From positions 4,796 to 68,795 of the forward strand of contig CALJUA010000065.1 of NCBI GenBank assembly GCA_937975715.1: a stretch of 64,000 nt of DNA. Direction: 5' to 3'. This DNA comes from an uncultured Candidatus Planktophila sp. (GTDB lineage Bacteria; Actinomycetota; Actinomycetes; Nanopelagicales; Nanopelagicaceae). This document shows positions 45,304 through 55,366 of the stretch, piece after piece. The notes beneath the pieces are model-generated. The model ran no database searches, was not told the DNA's origin, and worked only from the letters and a program-made list of their open reading frames with translations. Position 1 is the stretch's first letter, and each line of letters opens with the position of its first letter. Made by a program: the position numbers and the translations under genes.

Positions 45304-46833
45304 TTACGCACTTGCAAGACGAGTGCGACGCGGTACCGCGTACGCCTTCGATACTGCACTAAGTTCATCAGAAACCTGCTTGCGCATCGCTTCTTCAGAC
45401 TTCAAAAGTGTGGTCAAAGCAGCGATTGTTGCCTTGAGTTCCTTAGATTCTGTCTCAAGTTCGAGCTTGCTCATCTTTGTCAGACGGCGAAGTGGCATAT
45501 CGAGAATGTAAGTAGCCTGCTCTTCATTGAGCTTAAAGCCCTTGATGAGCGCTTCCTTTGCAGCAGATGCATCATCTGAGCCACGAATGATCTTGATGAC
45601 CTTATCAATATCGATAATTGCCTTGAGAAGACCATCGACCAATGAGAGACGATCTTCAGCCTTTGCTTTGCGGAATTCAGAGCGACGACGAACAACTTCG
45701 ATGCGGTGATCGATAAAGACCTGAAGAAGTTCCTTAAGACCAAGTGTCTGTGGGCGACCCTTGACGAGTGCCACAGCGTTGATTGCAAAGCCATCTTCCA
45801 TTGGAGTGAGCTTGTACAACTGCTCGAGAACAGCTTCTGGCTCGAAACCATTCTTCAGCTCGATAACAACGTTGGTGCCTGTTTGACCATCTGTGAGGTC
45901 GACGATGTCAGAGATTCCTTGAATCTTCTTCGCCTTTGCAAGATCTGCAATGCGCTCGACAACTTTTTCAGGACCGATATTAAATGGAAGCTCTTTGATG
46001 ACGATTCCCATCTTGCGAGAAGTCACCTTGCTGATTTCAACAGTTGCACGGACTTTAAATGAGCCCTTACCTGTTGCATACGCTTCACGAATTCCCTCAG
46101 CGCCAACGAGCTCGCCACCTGTTGGGAAATCTGGACCCGGAACATGCTTCATCAATTGATTGAGCGTTGCCTTTGGGTTATCAATTAAGAACTTTGTCGC
46201 AGCGATAACTTCACCCAAGTTGTGGGGAGCCATATTTGTTGCCATACCGACAGCGATACCTGATGAGCCATTAACGAGAAGATTGGGGAATGCAGCAGGA
46301 AGAACGAGTGGCTCTTGCAACTGACCGTCATAGTTGGGACCGAAGTCGACTGTGTTCTCATCGGATTCTGCAACCATCGTCACTGCAGCAGCTGCAAGGC
46401 GCGCCTCTGTGTAACGCATCGCAGCAGGACCTGCATCAAGAGAACCAAAGTTTCCGTGTCCATCAATCAATGGAAGCTGCATTGAGAATGATTGAGCCAT
46501 ACGAACGAGCGCGTCATAAATTGCGCTATCGCCGTGCGGGTGCAACTTACCCATTACTTCACCGACCACGCGAGCAGACTTCACGTGTCCGCGATCTGGG
46601 CGAAGACCCATATCTGCCATCTGGTGAAGGATGCGGCGGTGAACAGGCTTTAAACCATCGCGTGCATCAGGAAGTGCGCGTGAGTAGATAACTGAGTACG
46701 CATATTCAAGGAATGACTCTGACATCTCTGATGAGACATCAATATCGACAATCTTGCCTGGGAATTCTCCAGGCTTTGGTCCTGTCGCTTTTGCCTTTGC
46801 TCCTTTAGCTGGAGCGGCCTTCTTCGTTGCCAT
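45304..46833 (-). CDS. parC: DNA topoisomerase IV subunit A (GyrA paralogue), C-terminal domain absent
   Basis: RALPDARDGLKPVHRR, HPHGDSAIY, AAMRYTEARL (active Tyr), ILDMPLRRLT; ends right after PRRT. Confidence 0.9.
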   Translation of the reverse strand: MATKKAAPAKGAKAKATGPKPGEFPGKIVDIDVSSEMSESFLEYAYSVIYSRALPDARDGLKPVHRRILHQMADMGLRPDRGHVKSARVVGEVMGKLHPHGDSAIYDALVRMAQSFSMQLPLIDGHGNFGSLDAGPAAMRYTEARLAAAAVTMVAESDENTVDFGPNYDGQLQEPLVLPAAFPNLLVNGSSGIAVGMATNMAPHNLGEVIAATKFLIDNPKATLNQLMKHVPGPDFPTGGELVGAEGIREAYATGKGSFKVRATVEISKVTSRKMGIVIKELPFNIGPEKVVERIADLAKAKKIQGISDIVDLTDGQTGTNVVIELKNGFEPEAVLEQLYKLTPMEDGFAINAVALVKGRPQTLGLKELLQVFIDHRIEVVRRRSEFRKAKAEDRLSLVDGLLKAIIDIDKVIKIIRGSDDASAAKEALIKGFKLNEEQATYILDMPLRRLTKMSKLELETESKELKATIAALTTLLKSEEAMRKQVSDELSAVSKAYAVPRRTRLASA

Positions 46834-46859
46834 GGCGCGTATTCTGCCGTGCGAATTGG

Positions 46860-47765
46860 TTAAATGACGGTACCTACACGCGGACGGGCGCCGACGATTG
46901 CAACACATCGGGCAGCGACCTTTGCTCCGGCCTCAAGACCGTGCTGCATATTCTTTGTGGTGGCGTAATGAGCGATAAAACCAGCAGCAAATGAATCTCC
47001 GGCACCTGTGGTGTCGACAACATCTGCTGAGAGCGCAGGAACTGTGACCAGAATCGATCCTCGAGTCTTACCAATTGCCCCAAGAGATCCTCGTTTGATG
47101 ACAACTGTTTCACAATCGTCGAGCAGAAGCTCAAGAGCTTTCTCTGGATTAGTTTCTCCGGTGAGATAAATCGCCTCTTCTTCATTGAGCAAGATGACAT
47201 CCATCAACCTAATCCATGACTTCACTTCTTCAAGTGGAACTTCCATCATGCCGCCTACAGATGCTGGATCAAAGTAGAGAGGCAGACCGGTTTCTTTTAT
47301 CTTCGCAATCATCTGGATTACGCCAGGGCGGGAGAGTGGATCGAGTGGTGAATAGCCAGAGAGATAGACAGCGTTGTATTCGTCGAGTTCTGGCAAGTCA
47401 CCAATATGAAGTCCAGAGTTTGCACCATTATCGGGAAACATTGTGCGCTCGCCGGTGGGATCTACCAAGACGACAACTACTCCAGAAGAGCCTTTATCGA
47501 CCATAAGATTGTTGTGGCGTACACCTAGAGCATCGAATTCGCTCATGAGCGCAGAGCCTGCTGCGTCATCGCCGACATGTCCCACAATTGTTGCGCGGGC
47601 ATCTGTGCGAGTTAGCCATGAGGCAACGTTTCCTGCAGCTCCGCCACCGTGGGTGGAGATTTTCGAAGGTGTATCGCTGCCGTAATTAATTTTATCGGGC
47701 ATGACTGCAATCTTGGTGATGACATCGAGCATCACATCACCGATACAGAGCACGCGCGCAGTCAT
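46860..47765 (-). CDS. PfkB-family carbohydrate kinase (likely pseudouridine kinase by context)
   Basis: GGGAAGNVA, NEEEA, VDTTGAGDSFAAGF; directly downstream of psuG. Confidence 0.88.
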   Translation of the reverse strand: MTARVLCIGDVMLDVITKIAVMPDKINYGSDTPSKISTHGGGAAGNVASWLTRTDARATIVGHVGDDAAGSALMSEFDALGVRHNNLMVDKGSSGVVVVLVDPTGERTMFPDNGANSGLHIGDLPELDEYNAVYLSGYSPLDPLSRPGVIQMIAKIKETGLPLYFDPASVGGMMEVPLEEVKSWIRLMDVILLNEEEAIYLTGETNPEKALELLLDDCETVVIKRGSLGAIGKTRGSILVTVPALSADVVDTTGAGDSFAAGFIAHYATTKNMQHGLEAGAKVAARCVAIVGARPRVGTVI

Positions 47766-47767
47766 GG

Positions 47768-48676
47768 TTATCGCTTCTGTGACGCTACAGCGATTTCAGC
47801 TGCAAGTGCTGAGTTCGATTTAATGATGTCGATATTGACCTTGAGGGATTCACCTTCGGATGCAGTGTGGAAGTGCTCGAGCAAGAATGGTGTGACGTAC
47901 TTGCCAAGAATGCCAGCCTTCTCGGCACCTTCAAGTCCGCTCTTGAGAATCGCATCATGACGAGCGCGATCCATCTCTTTCTCAACAGGATTTGCTACAA
48001 CGAGTCCATTATTTGTCTTCAGTGCAACGCGCTGAGCTATTACAGCCGCGATTTCTTCTGCGCTATTGACCTGGTGCTCGATAGTAAAACCAGAGTCGGT
48101 CAGATAGAAGCCGGGGAAACGGGTTGTTTTAAAACCTACGACACCTATAGCCAAAGTTTCTAGACGTTCAAGGGTCGCAGCAACATCGAGAATTGATTTG
48201 ACTCCAGCACACACGATGGTGATATCCAATTGTGAGAGAGCTGTTAAATCTGCGGATTCGTCGAAAGTCTCATTGGCACCACGGTGGACTCCACCGAGAC
48301 CGCCAGTTGCAAAGATATGAATGCCTGCAAGAACAGCGAGGTGTGCCGTTGCTGCAACTGTAGTTGCTGCAGACTTTCCGGAGGCGGCAATGATTGCGAG
48401 GTCACGGCTAGAAGCCTTTGCGATGTCATCGCGGTTTGCGATATCAACGAGCTGATCATCTGTGAGGCCGATATGCACAACGCCATCGAGGATTGCGATA
48501 GTTGCAGGGACTGCACCGCGCGAGCGGACAATCTCTTCGACTTCGCGCGCAACAGTTAAGTTAGATGGACGCGGCAATCCGTGGCTGATGATCGTAGATT
48601 CAAGCGCAACGATTGGCTTGCCGCTCTTGAGTGCTTCTGCGACCTCGGGTGATGTGTGGAAATGTAACTGTGACAT
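47768..48676 (-). CDS. psuG: Pseudouridine-5'-phosphate glycosidase
   Basis: VALESTIISHGLP, ATTVAAT, FATGGLGGVHRG, DESADL, VTPFLL. Confidence 0.95.
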   Translation of the reverse strand: MSQLHFHTSPEVAEALKSGKPIVALESTIISHGLPRPSNLTVAREVEEIVRSRGAVPATIAILDGVVHIGLTDDQLVDIANRDDIAKASSRDLAIIAASGKSAATTVAATAHLAVLAGIHIFATGGLGGVHRGANETFDESADLTALSQLDITIVCAGVKSILDVAATLERLETLAIGVVGFKTTRFPGFYLTDSGFTIEHQVNSAEEIAAVIAQRVALKTNNGLVVANPVEKEMDRARHDAILKSGLEGAEKAGILGKYVTPFLLEHFHTASEGESLKVNIDIIKSNSALAAEIAVASQKR

Positions 48677-48697
48677 GAGCAGAACAATACTCGTGGG

Positions 48698-49813
48698 ATG
48701 ATTGACTCCGTGCACCTATCGCAAATCATGCCTTCCATCATGGCGGGGTTGCGCGTTGCAGATACCCAGGATTTTGCCGGATGTGGCGAAAGTCCTACCG
48801 GTCGCGAACTCCTCTTCCTTATCGACGGCTTCGGTGCGGATCTTTTAGCAAAGTTTTCAGAGCACGCGCCCGCAATTTCATCGATGGTGCAATCGCATCT
48901 CGTCCAAACTTCATTTCCATCAACCACATCAACAAGCCTTGCAACGCTGACGACAGGTGCAATGCCTGGTGCTCACGGAATGATGGGTTACACAGTTCGC
49001 GTACCACGAAGCAGTGGTCGAGTTCTTAATTCATTGAAGTGGGATGAGCGAGTAGATCCTGAAATTTGGCAACCAGTACCAACACTCTTTCAACGTGCTG
49101 CAGCAGCCGGTGTCGTCGTTACCCATGTTGCCGCCAAGCGCTATGAAGATACCGGCTTTACTCGTGCAGTCTTTCGCGGCGCGCACTATCGCGGTGCGAA
49201 CATCACCAGCGATTTAGTGGGAGAGACAGTTGCTGCACTTCAGAAGTCGCCCGCCTTTGTCTATCTTTACGTCAACGATCTTGATTCTGCCGGACACTCT
49301 GATGGAGTCGGCTCAGATAAATGGTTAGCGGCACTTTCCAGTATCGATGCCATGGTTGCTCAACTTCTTGAGAAGTTGCCCACAGGCACACGTCTATGGA
49401 TTACCGCCGATCACGGCATGATCAATGTTGAAGAGAAGATTGTGATGGGTCTGGAAAACAATCTCCTCGAAGGAATCGCCACCGTTGCTGGTGAACCACG
49501 TGCCCGTCATCTCTACCTTCCTCAAGATGCAGATTTGGCACCGCGTGCTGATGTCATTTCTCGATGGGAAGAATCGCTCGGCGAAAAGGTGAAGATGTTT
49601 ACTCGCGAGAGCGCCATTGAAGCCGGGTTATTCGGTAGCGAGGTGTCGATGGATGCATCAGAGCGCATCGGTGATGTCATCGCAATCGCTCAAGAAAACT
49701 TAGTTTTGCTCGACCCAGAGCGCGCAGATAAGGAAGGCGCAATGGTTGGCCATCATGGCGGAGATAGCGCTACAGAATCAACAGTGCCACTGCTTGCTGC
49801 GACTAAGAATTAG
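48698..49813 (+). CDS. Alkaline phosphatase superfamily / nucleotide pyrophosphatase-phosphodiesterase
   Basis: LIDGFG, FPSTTSTS, DLDSAGH, ITADHG, GHHG. Confidence 0.85.
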   Translation: MIDSVHLSQIMPSIMAGLRVADTQDFAGCGESPTGRELLFLIDGFGADLLAKFSEHAPAISSMVQSHLVQTSFPSTTSTSLATLTTGAMPGAHGMMGYTVRVPRSSGRVLNSLKWDERVDPEIWQPVPTLFQRAAAAGVVVTHVAAKRYEDTGFTRAVFRGAHYRGANITSDLVGETVAALQKSPAFVYLYVNDLDSAGHSDGVGSDKWLAALSSIDAMVAQLLEKLPTGTRLWITADHGMINVEEKIVMGLENNLLEGIATVAGEPRARHLYLPQDADLAPRADVISRWEESLGEKVKMFTRESAIEAGLFGSEVSMDASERIGDVIAIAQENLVLLDPERADKEGAMVGHHGGDSATESTVPLLAATKN

Positions 49814-50676
49814 TTATTGTCGTAATCTTCTTCAGACTCTGGCGCATCTGCCAACGGTGCCTTTGAACCAAACATGATTTCATCCCATGAAGGAATCTTT
49901 GCGCGAGCTACAACGCCATCCTCTGAATCAGCAGCAGTTGGTGTATCGCGAATAGCAACAAGACGTGGAGTCTCAGGCTTATCTTCTTCAACAACAACAG
50001 GTGAGAAGAGTGAACTTGCACCAGGAAGCTCGACAGGTGCAACTGGCTCGACTCGTGACGGGTGAGTTGGTTCAGAGTTGATAAAACCTGGCTCGATGAC
50101 GCGAGCAGGCGCTTCCTCGCCGATCAACCATGCACCGTTGTCATCTGTGGGATTGATGGTGCGACGTGAGGTATCAAAGTTCCAGGTAGCGATTCCGTTG
50201 CCATCTCGGTTGGGATAGTGCAACTCAATATGCCACGTTGCATCAGGAAGACGCCAGGTATTCCATGAGAGATCATCTGCATCAACGCCGCGTGGTACGA
50301 GCTTGTTGATGACAGCTTCAAGAAATGAAATATCTAGTCGAGTTGAATCTTTGCGAAGTGAGGCAGAGCGTGCCTGAGAAAGAATGTATTCACGCTCTTG
50401 CAAGATCGGACCAGAAAAGCGTGCCACCTTGTCGACGGTTGTATTGCCTTCACGTGCGATGACCTCAGGAGCATCACCTGCACGAAGGCGTCGCTGAATC
50501 TCTTTCACGCTGATTGTTTGATCAGCATCGTCTGAGGGAACTGCGCTTAAACGAGGTTGATTGACTGTTGCGCGGAGAGTGTCGCTGATACGGAGAGAAA
50601 ATTCGGTGCCATCGTTATCAACCAATGTCAGATGGGTGCCTTCATTGTTCTTGCCATGTAAACGGAGCTCACTCAT
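49810..50676 (-). CDS. sepH: Septation protein SepH (DUF3071)
   Basis: SVKEIQRRLRAG, VARFSGPILQERE, ATWNFD, IPSWDEIMFG. Confidence 0.88.
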   Translation of the reverse strand: MSELRLHGKNNEGTHLTLVDNDGTEFSLRISDTLRATVNQPRLSAVPSDDADQTISVKEIQRRLRAGDAPEVIAREGNTTVDKVARFSGPILQEREYILSQARSASLRKDSTRLDISFLEAVINKLVPRGVDADDLSWNTWRLPDATWHIELHYPNRDGNGIATWNFDTSRRTINPTDDNGAWLIGEEAPARVIEPGFINSEPTHPSRVEPVAPVELPGASSLFSPVVVEEDKPETPRLVAIRDTPTAADSEDGVVARAKIPSWDEIMFGSKAPLADAPESEEDYDNN

Positions 50677-50716
50677 GGGGGTGAGAATAACTGATGAGGG
50701 GCGTAGAATCGCGGCT

Positions 50717-51487
50717 ATGAGCGGTCACAACACAGCAGAACTTCTATCTCTCGCCCAACGAATCGGGCGCGAAGCTGCAGCAATGTTGATGGATCGTCCC
50801 GCAGACCTTCAGGTTGCAACCAAGAGCACGGCAATTGATGTTGTGACTCAAATGGATATTAAGGTCGAGGCATTTATCGTTCAGGAAATTCTTGCTGCCC
50901 GTCCGAATGATGGGTTAATCGGCGAAGAAGGTGCTGCGCGAGAGAGCACATCTGGAATTACCTGGGTCATTGATCCTTTAGATGGAACCGTTAATTATCT
51001 CTACGACCTTCCTGGGTGGAATGTCTCAATTGCGGCAAAGGATGAGCAAGGTCAATTAATTGGAGTCGTGACAGCGCCATCGATTAATTCAACGTGGTGG
51101 GCAGTTCGCGGTGAAGGAGCCTTCTTTAATAGCCGCCAGATTTACTGCAACGATCCGATTGCCCTTGACCGCGCCCTCATCGGCACCGGATTTCAATATG
51201 ACGTCGCCCACCGCGATCTACAAATTACCCACGTTTCAAAGATGCTTCCCATCGTGCGCGATATTCGCCGCAATGGGGCAGCGGCGGTCGACCTCTGCCA
51301 TGTGGCGATGGGGCGCCTCGATGCGTATTACGAACATGGCCTAAAGGAGTGGGATTGGGCAGCGGCAGGGCTGATTGCGACTGAGGCTGGCGCTCGCTTC
51401 GGGCTCTATGGCCAGGCGCCTTACATGATGACTCTGGCTGCTGGACCGACCCTCTATCCCGAGCTCGAGCTCTTTCTGGGCCTTTAG
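50717..51487 (+). CDS. suhB: Inositol monophosphatase family protein
   Basis: [37 protein letters not shown]. Confidence 0.9.
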   Translation: MSGHNTAELLSLAQRIGREAAAMLMDRPADLQVATKSTAIDVVTQMDIKVEAFIVQEILAARPNDGLIGEEGAARESTSGITWVIDPLDGTVNYLYDLPGWNVSIAAKDEQGQLIGVVTAPSINSTWWAVRGEGAFFNSRQIYCNDPIALDRALIGTGFQYDVAHRDLQITHVSKMLPIVRDIRRNGAAAVDLCHVAMGRLDAYYEHGLKEWDWAAAGLIATEAGARFGLYGQAPYMMTLAAGPTLYPELELFLGL

Positions 51488-51597
51488 CTCGAAGTAGCCC
51501 CTTGGCCTCGATTTTCGCCTTGAGGCTCATCTGTGGCAAGATACGCAGTCTGTACGGCAATCCGTACTCATTAAAAGGTAACTCAAAGGATCCGATC

Positions 51598-52119
51598 ATG
51601 AACATTCTCGACGTCGTAGACGCAGCATCCCTCCGCAAGGACATCCCACAGTTCCGCGCAGGCGATGAGCTCAAGATTCACGTCCGTGTTATCGAAGGTA
51701 ACAAGTCACGTCTTCAGGTCTTCCAGGGTGTTGTAATCCGCCGCCAAGGTGATGGCGTTCGCGAGACTTTTACAATCCGTAAGGTCTCCTACGGTGTTGG
51801 CGTCGAGCGTACATTCCCAGTACACACACCAGTTATCGAAAAGATTGAACTCGTCCAGAAGGGCGATGTACGTCGTGCAAAGCTTTACTACCTCCGCGAC
51901 CTTCGCGGTAAGGCTGCAAAGATCCGCGAAAAGCGTGATGGCATTGTTGGTTACGGCGATGGAATTCTCTCTACCCCTGAAGCAGCACCTGTAGTCGTAG
52001 CGTCCGAGCCAGAAATTGTCGCTGAAGTGGCAGGCGCTGTCGCAACTGACACTGCAGAAGTAACTGAGACAGTCGCTGCGGTTGAAACACCTGCCGCTGA
52101 AGACAAGCCAGCAGAATAA
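51598..52119 (+). CDS. rplS: 50S ribosomal protein L19 with acidic C-terminal tail
   Basis: [34 protein letters not shown]. Confidence 0.97.
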   Translation: MNILDVVDAASLRKDIPQFRAGDELKIHVRVIEGNKSRLQVFQGVVIRRQGDGVRETFTIRKVSYGVGVERTFPVHTPVIEKIELVQKGDVRRAKLYYLRDLRGKAAKIREKRDGIVGYGDGILSTPEAAPVVVASEPEIVAEVAGAVATDTAEVTETVAAVETPAAEDKPAE

Positions 52120-52130
52120 TTTCTAAGTAC

Positions 52131-52793
52131 CTGCCTCGTAAGGGCTCGTTCTTTCGCGAGTTCCCTTTACTTGTCATAGTCGCGCTCGCTGTCTCGCTTG
52201 TTATCAAGACTTTCTTGGTGCAGTTCTTCTTCATTCCTTCAGGGTCAATGCAGAACACTCTTCAAATCGATGATCGCGTTGCTGTTAACAAACTTCCCTT
52301 CATCGCAAAATCAGTAAAGCGTGGAGATGTTGTTGTATTCCGCGATCCTGCAAATTGGTTGCCGCTTCCAGTTGAAGAAGTAAGCGGAAATAAGGTCATT
52401 GCCACGGTGAAGGAGGCACTTGTCTTTACCGGCGTTCTTCCCAATCCAGCTAAGCAGTATTTGGTAAAGCGCGTAATTGGCGTCGCAGGCGACAAGGTTG
52501 TCTGCTGCGATGCAAAGGGCGGCCTCACTATCAACGGCAAGGCAACTCATGAGCCCTACATCTTTGCTGGCAATAAGCCATCAGAGATGAACTTCAATGT
52601 CACTGTGCCAGAAGGAAAGATTTGGGTCATGGGTGATCATCGCGGTGCCTCAGCTGACTCTCGCTATCACCAAGATGATGTCAACAATGGCATGGTCCCT
52701 GTTTCAAAGGTAACCGGGCGAGTCTTCGGAATCATCTGGCCCTTGAAGAACTTTGGTTACGTAGCTTCACACGATCCGCTCGCAACAAAATAA
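52131..52793 (+). CDS. lepB: Signal peptidase I (probable CTG start)
   Basis: IPSGSM (Ser), LVKRVIG (Lys), MGDHR..SADSR. Membrane anchor is encoded upstream of the first TTG (52215). Confidence 0.9.
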   Translation: MPRKGSFFREFPLLVIVALAVSLVIKTFLVQFFFIPSGSMQNTLQIDDRVAVNKLPFIAKSVKRGDVVVFRDPANWLPLPVEEVSGNKVIATVKEALVFTGVLPNPAKQYLVKRVIGVAGDKVVCCDAKGGLTINGKATHEPYIFAGNKPSEMNFNVTVPEGKIWVMGDHRGASADSRYHQDDVNNGMVPVSKVTGRVFGIIWPLKNFGYVASHDPLATK

Positions 52794-52805
52794 CTTCTTC
52801 AGCAC

Positions 52806-53420
52806 ATGTCTGCATCGCCACAACGCATCGAAGAGATGTTGCGTGGTGCGGGAATCTCGCCAATTGCAGGCGTTGATGAAGCTGGTCGAGGACCATGCGC
52901 CGGACCTTTGGTAATTGCCTCAGTCATTCTCGATGATCCTTTCGCAGATACCTGGAGCGAAATTCGTGACTCGAAGGAAATTTCTGAGAAGAAGCGTGAA
53001 GTTCTTTTCGATGTCGTGATGGAGAATGCTGCAGCAGTCAGTGTTATCGAAGTTTCACCAGAAGAGATTGATCTGCGCGGTGTTCATGCTGCAAACCTCG
53101 ATGGAATGCGTCGCGCAGTTAATGGATTGTCGATTACACCCGCATATGTATTGACCGATGGATATGCAATCGAGGGATTGGCTGTGCCCAACCTGGCAGT
53201 CTGGAAAGGCGATCAAGTTGCCATTTCAATTAGTGCAGCTTCCATTATCGCCAAAGTGACTCGGGATCGCATTATGCGTGAGATGGATGCGCTCTATCCA
53301 GGCTATGGGTTCGCCGGACATAAGGGTTACATCACTGCAGCTCATACAGCAGCGATTCAAGAACTTGGTGTCCTGCCTATTCACCGCAAGTCTTTCTCCA
53401 ATATCGCAGCGCTTCTGTAA
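52806..53420 (+). CDS. rnhB: Ribonuclease HII
   Basis: AGVDEAGRG, DSK, LTDG, SAASIIAKVTRD, HKGY. Confidence 0.95.
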   Translation: MSASPQRIEEMLRGAGISPIAGVDEAGRGPCAGPLVIASVILDDPFADTWSEIRDSKEISEKKREVLFDVVMENAAAVSVIEVSPEEIDLRGVHAANLDGMRRAVNGLSITPAYVLTDGYAIEGLAVPNLAVWKGDQVAISISAASIIAKVTRDRIMREMDALYPGYGFAGHKGYITAAHTAAIQELGVLPIHRKSFSNIAALL

Positions 53421-53477
53421 TCCACAGGCACAGCTTCACCTTCGATTGAGGGTCGCGCGAAACCCTATTTTTCGCGG

Positions 53478-53849
53478 ATGGTTCTTAAGAAGAGTAGAAA
53501 TTTAGCTTTAGGTTCATTCGGCGAATCGCGGGTCGCAGACTTTCGATTACAGCAAGGCGATGAAATTCTTGATCGCAATTGGCGGGTGCGTGAAGGAGAA
53601 ATCGACCTAGTTTCTCTGGATAAATTCGGAACATTTCACTTTATCGAGGTGAAGACGAGAAGCTCTCTTGCATTTGGGCATCCATTTGAATCGATTTCCC
53701 AAGTGAAGCTACTCCGCATGCAACGACTGGCGATGGGGTGGCTGGTCACTCATGATTGCTTTGGATGCGAATACTCAATAGATATTGCTTCAGTGCTCAT
53801 CAATCCTGACGGGACTCATAGCCTCGAATATCGCCCAGGTGTCCTATGA
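53478..53849 (+). CDS. yraN: YraN-family (UPF0102) nuclease
   Basis: LGSFGE, RNWRVREGEIDLV, FIEVKTR. Confidence 0.88.
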   Translation: MVLKKSRNLALGSFGESRVADFRLQQGDEILDRNWRVREGEIDLVSLDKFGTFHFIEVKTRSSLAFGHPFESISQVKLLRMQRLAMGWLVTHDCFGCEYSIDIASVLINPDGTHSLEYRPGVL

Positions 53850-55366
53850 CGATCGGACGTACTCAAGCTGTCTCCCTTCAGGGGCTTCTGGGAACTGTCA
53901 TTGATATCGAATGCGACATCTCCGATGGAATTCCGATGTATTCATTGCTGGGTTTGCCTGATGCATCATTGCAAGAATCTCGTGATCGCGTGCGAGCGGC
54001 GTTATCAAATTCGGGACAGAAGTGGCCCAATAAGAAGGTAACAGTCTCACTGTCTCCAGCATGGCTACCGAAAAGTGGCCCAGGGTTTGATGTCGCAATC
54101 GCCTTAGCTCTTCTTGTCGCAGATGGTGTTATGCCACAGGCTCCACTGGATGGAGCAATTATTCTCGGTGAGCTCTCACTCGATGGCGCAATTCGTTCTG
54201 TTCGTGGTGTGCTGCCTTCGCTGATTGCCGCATATAAATCAGGACTTACTCGAGCAATTGTTCCCCGAGCAAATTTGCATGAAGCAGAGCTCGTGGAAAA
54301 CATGGAGATCCTCTCTTTCGAACATATCTCCGAGATATATCGGTGGGCACTCACCGGTGAGTACCCATTTAACGAGCCTCTCGATTTAGATATTGAAAAT
54401 GTCGATGAGATACTCGACTTCTCAGATGTCGCGGGACAATCACGTGCACGATTTGCTGCAGAAGTCGCAGCAACAGGTGGCCATCACCTGCTTTTGATTG
54501 GTCCACCGGGTGCAGGAAAGACGATGATCGCATCACGCATTCCATCGATACTTCCTCCTCTGACTGTAGAAGAAGCTTTAGAGGTAACGGCAATCCACTC
54601 GATTTCGGGTGGGCTGACTAAGAGATCTCCTATGTCTCGGGTTGCGCCGATTATCGCTCCGCACCACAGCGCTACGCGTGCATCAATCGTTGGTGGCGGC
54701 GGCCGCTCTATCTCTCCCGGTGCAATTTCACTGGGACATCGTGGGGTTCTCTTTATTGATGAAGCACCCGAATGTGCATCTGGAATATTGGATTCATTGC
54801 GTCAGCCCTTGGAATCAGGGAACATCACGATTGCACGTCAGATTGGCAATGTGACTTTCCCTGCTCAATTCCTCTTGGTACTTGCCGCCAATCCATGTCC
54901 ATGCGGAAAGTTTTCCGGAAAAGGACGGGGATGTACGTGTTCATCTCTGCAAGTGCGAAGGTATCTCGGCAAGTTATCTGGCCCATTGATGGATCGAATA
55001 GATATCCGGGTATCAGTTGATCCAGTAGGCCGGGTGGAACTTGCCTCCACAGAGCTGGGTGAGTCTTCGGCTGACATTCGCAATCGGGTTATTGGTGCGC
55101 GTGGGCGAGCAGCTCAACGATTTAAAGATGAGCCTTGGACGTTAAATTCTCAAATCCCTGCACGGTCTTTACGCACAACATATTCACCAGATCGCAGTGC
55201 GATGAATTTCCTTCATGATGAATTAGATAAGGAAAACATTACGGCCAGAGGACTTCATAAAGTCGTTCGACTTTCCTGGACTCTTGCAGATTTAGCCGGT
55301 CATGCAAAGCCTACGCTCGATGACGTTCAAAGAGCATTTCTCCTTCGCGATGGAGGAGATTACTAA
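53846..55366 (+). CDS. comM: YifB/ComM Mg-chelatase-like AAA+ ATPase
   Basis: GLPDASLQESRDRVRAA, GPPGAGKT, LGHRGVLFIDE, AANPCPCG, LSGPLMDRID. Confidence 0.93.
   Translation: MTIGRTQAVSLQGLLGTVIDIECDISDGIPMYSLLGLPDASLQESRDRVRAALSNSGQKWPNKKVTVSLSPAWLPKSGPGFDVAIALALLVADGVMPQAPLDGAIILGELSLDGAIRSVRGVLPSLIAAYKSGLTRAIVPRANLHEAELVENMEILSFEHISEIYRWALTGEYPFNEPLDLDIENVDEILDFSDVAGQSRARFAAEVAATGGHHLLLIGPPGAGKTMIASRIPSILPPLTVEEALEVTAIHSISGGLTKRSPMSRVAPIIAPHHSATRASIVGGGGRSISPGAISLGHRGVLFIDEAPECASGILDSLRQPLESGNITIARQIGNVTFPAQFLLVLAANPCPCGKFSGKGRGCTCSSLQVRRYLGKLSGPLMDRIDIRVSVDPVGRVELASTELGESSADIRNRVIGARGRAAQRFKDEPWTLNSQIPARSLRTTYSPDRSAMNFLHDELDKENITARGLHKVVRLSWTLADLAGHAKPTLDDVQRAFLLRDGGDY

Noticed and set aside
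41540-46833. DNA gyrase (gyrB/gyrA)
   Set aside because: Subunit A has no GyrA-box or CTD, the genes are not adjacent, and the context matches actinobacterial topoisomerase IV rather than the oriC-linked gyrase.
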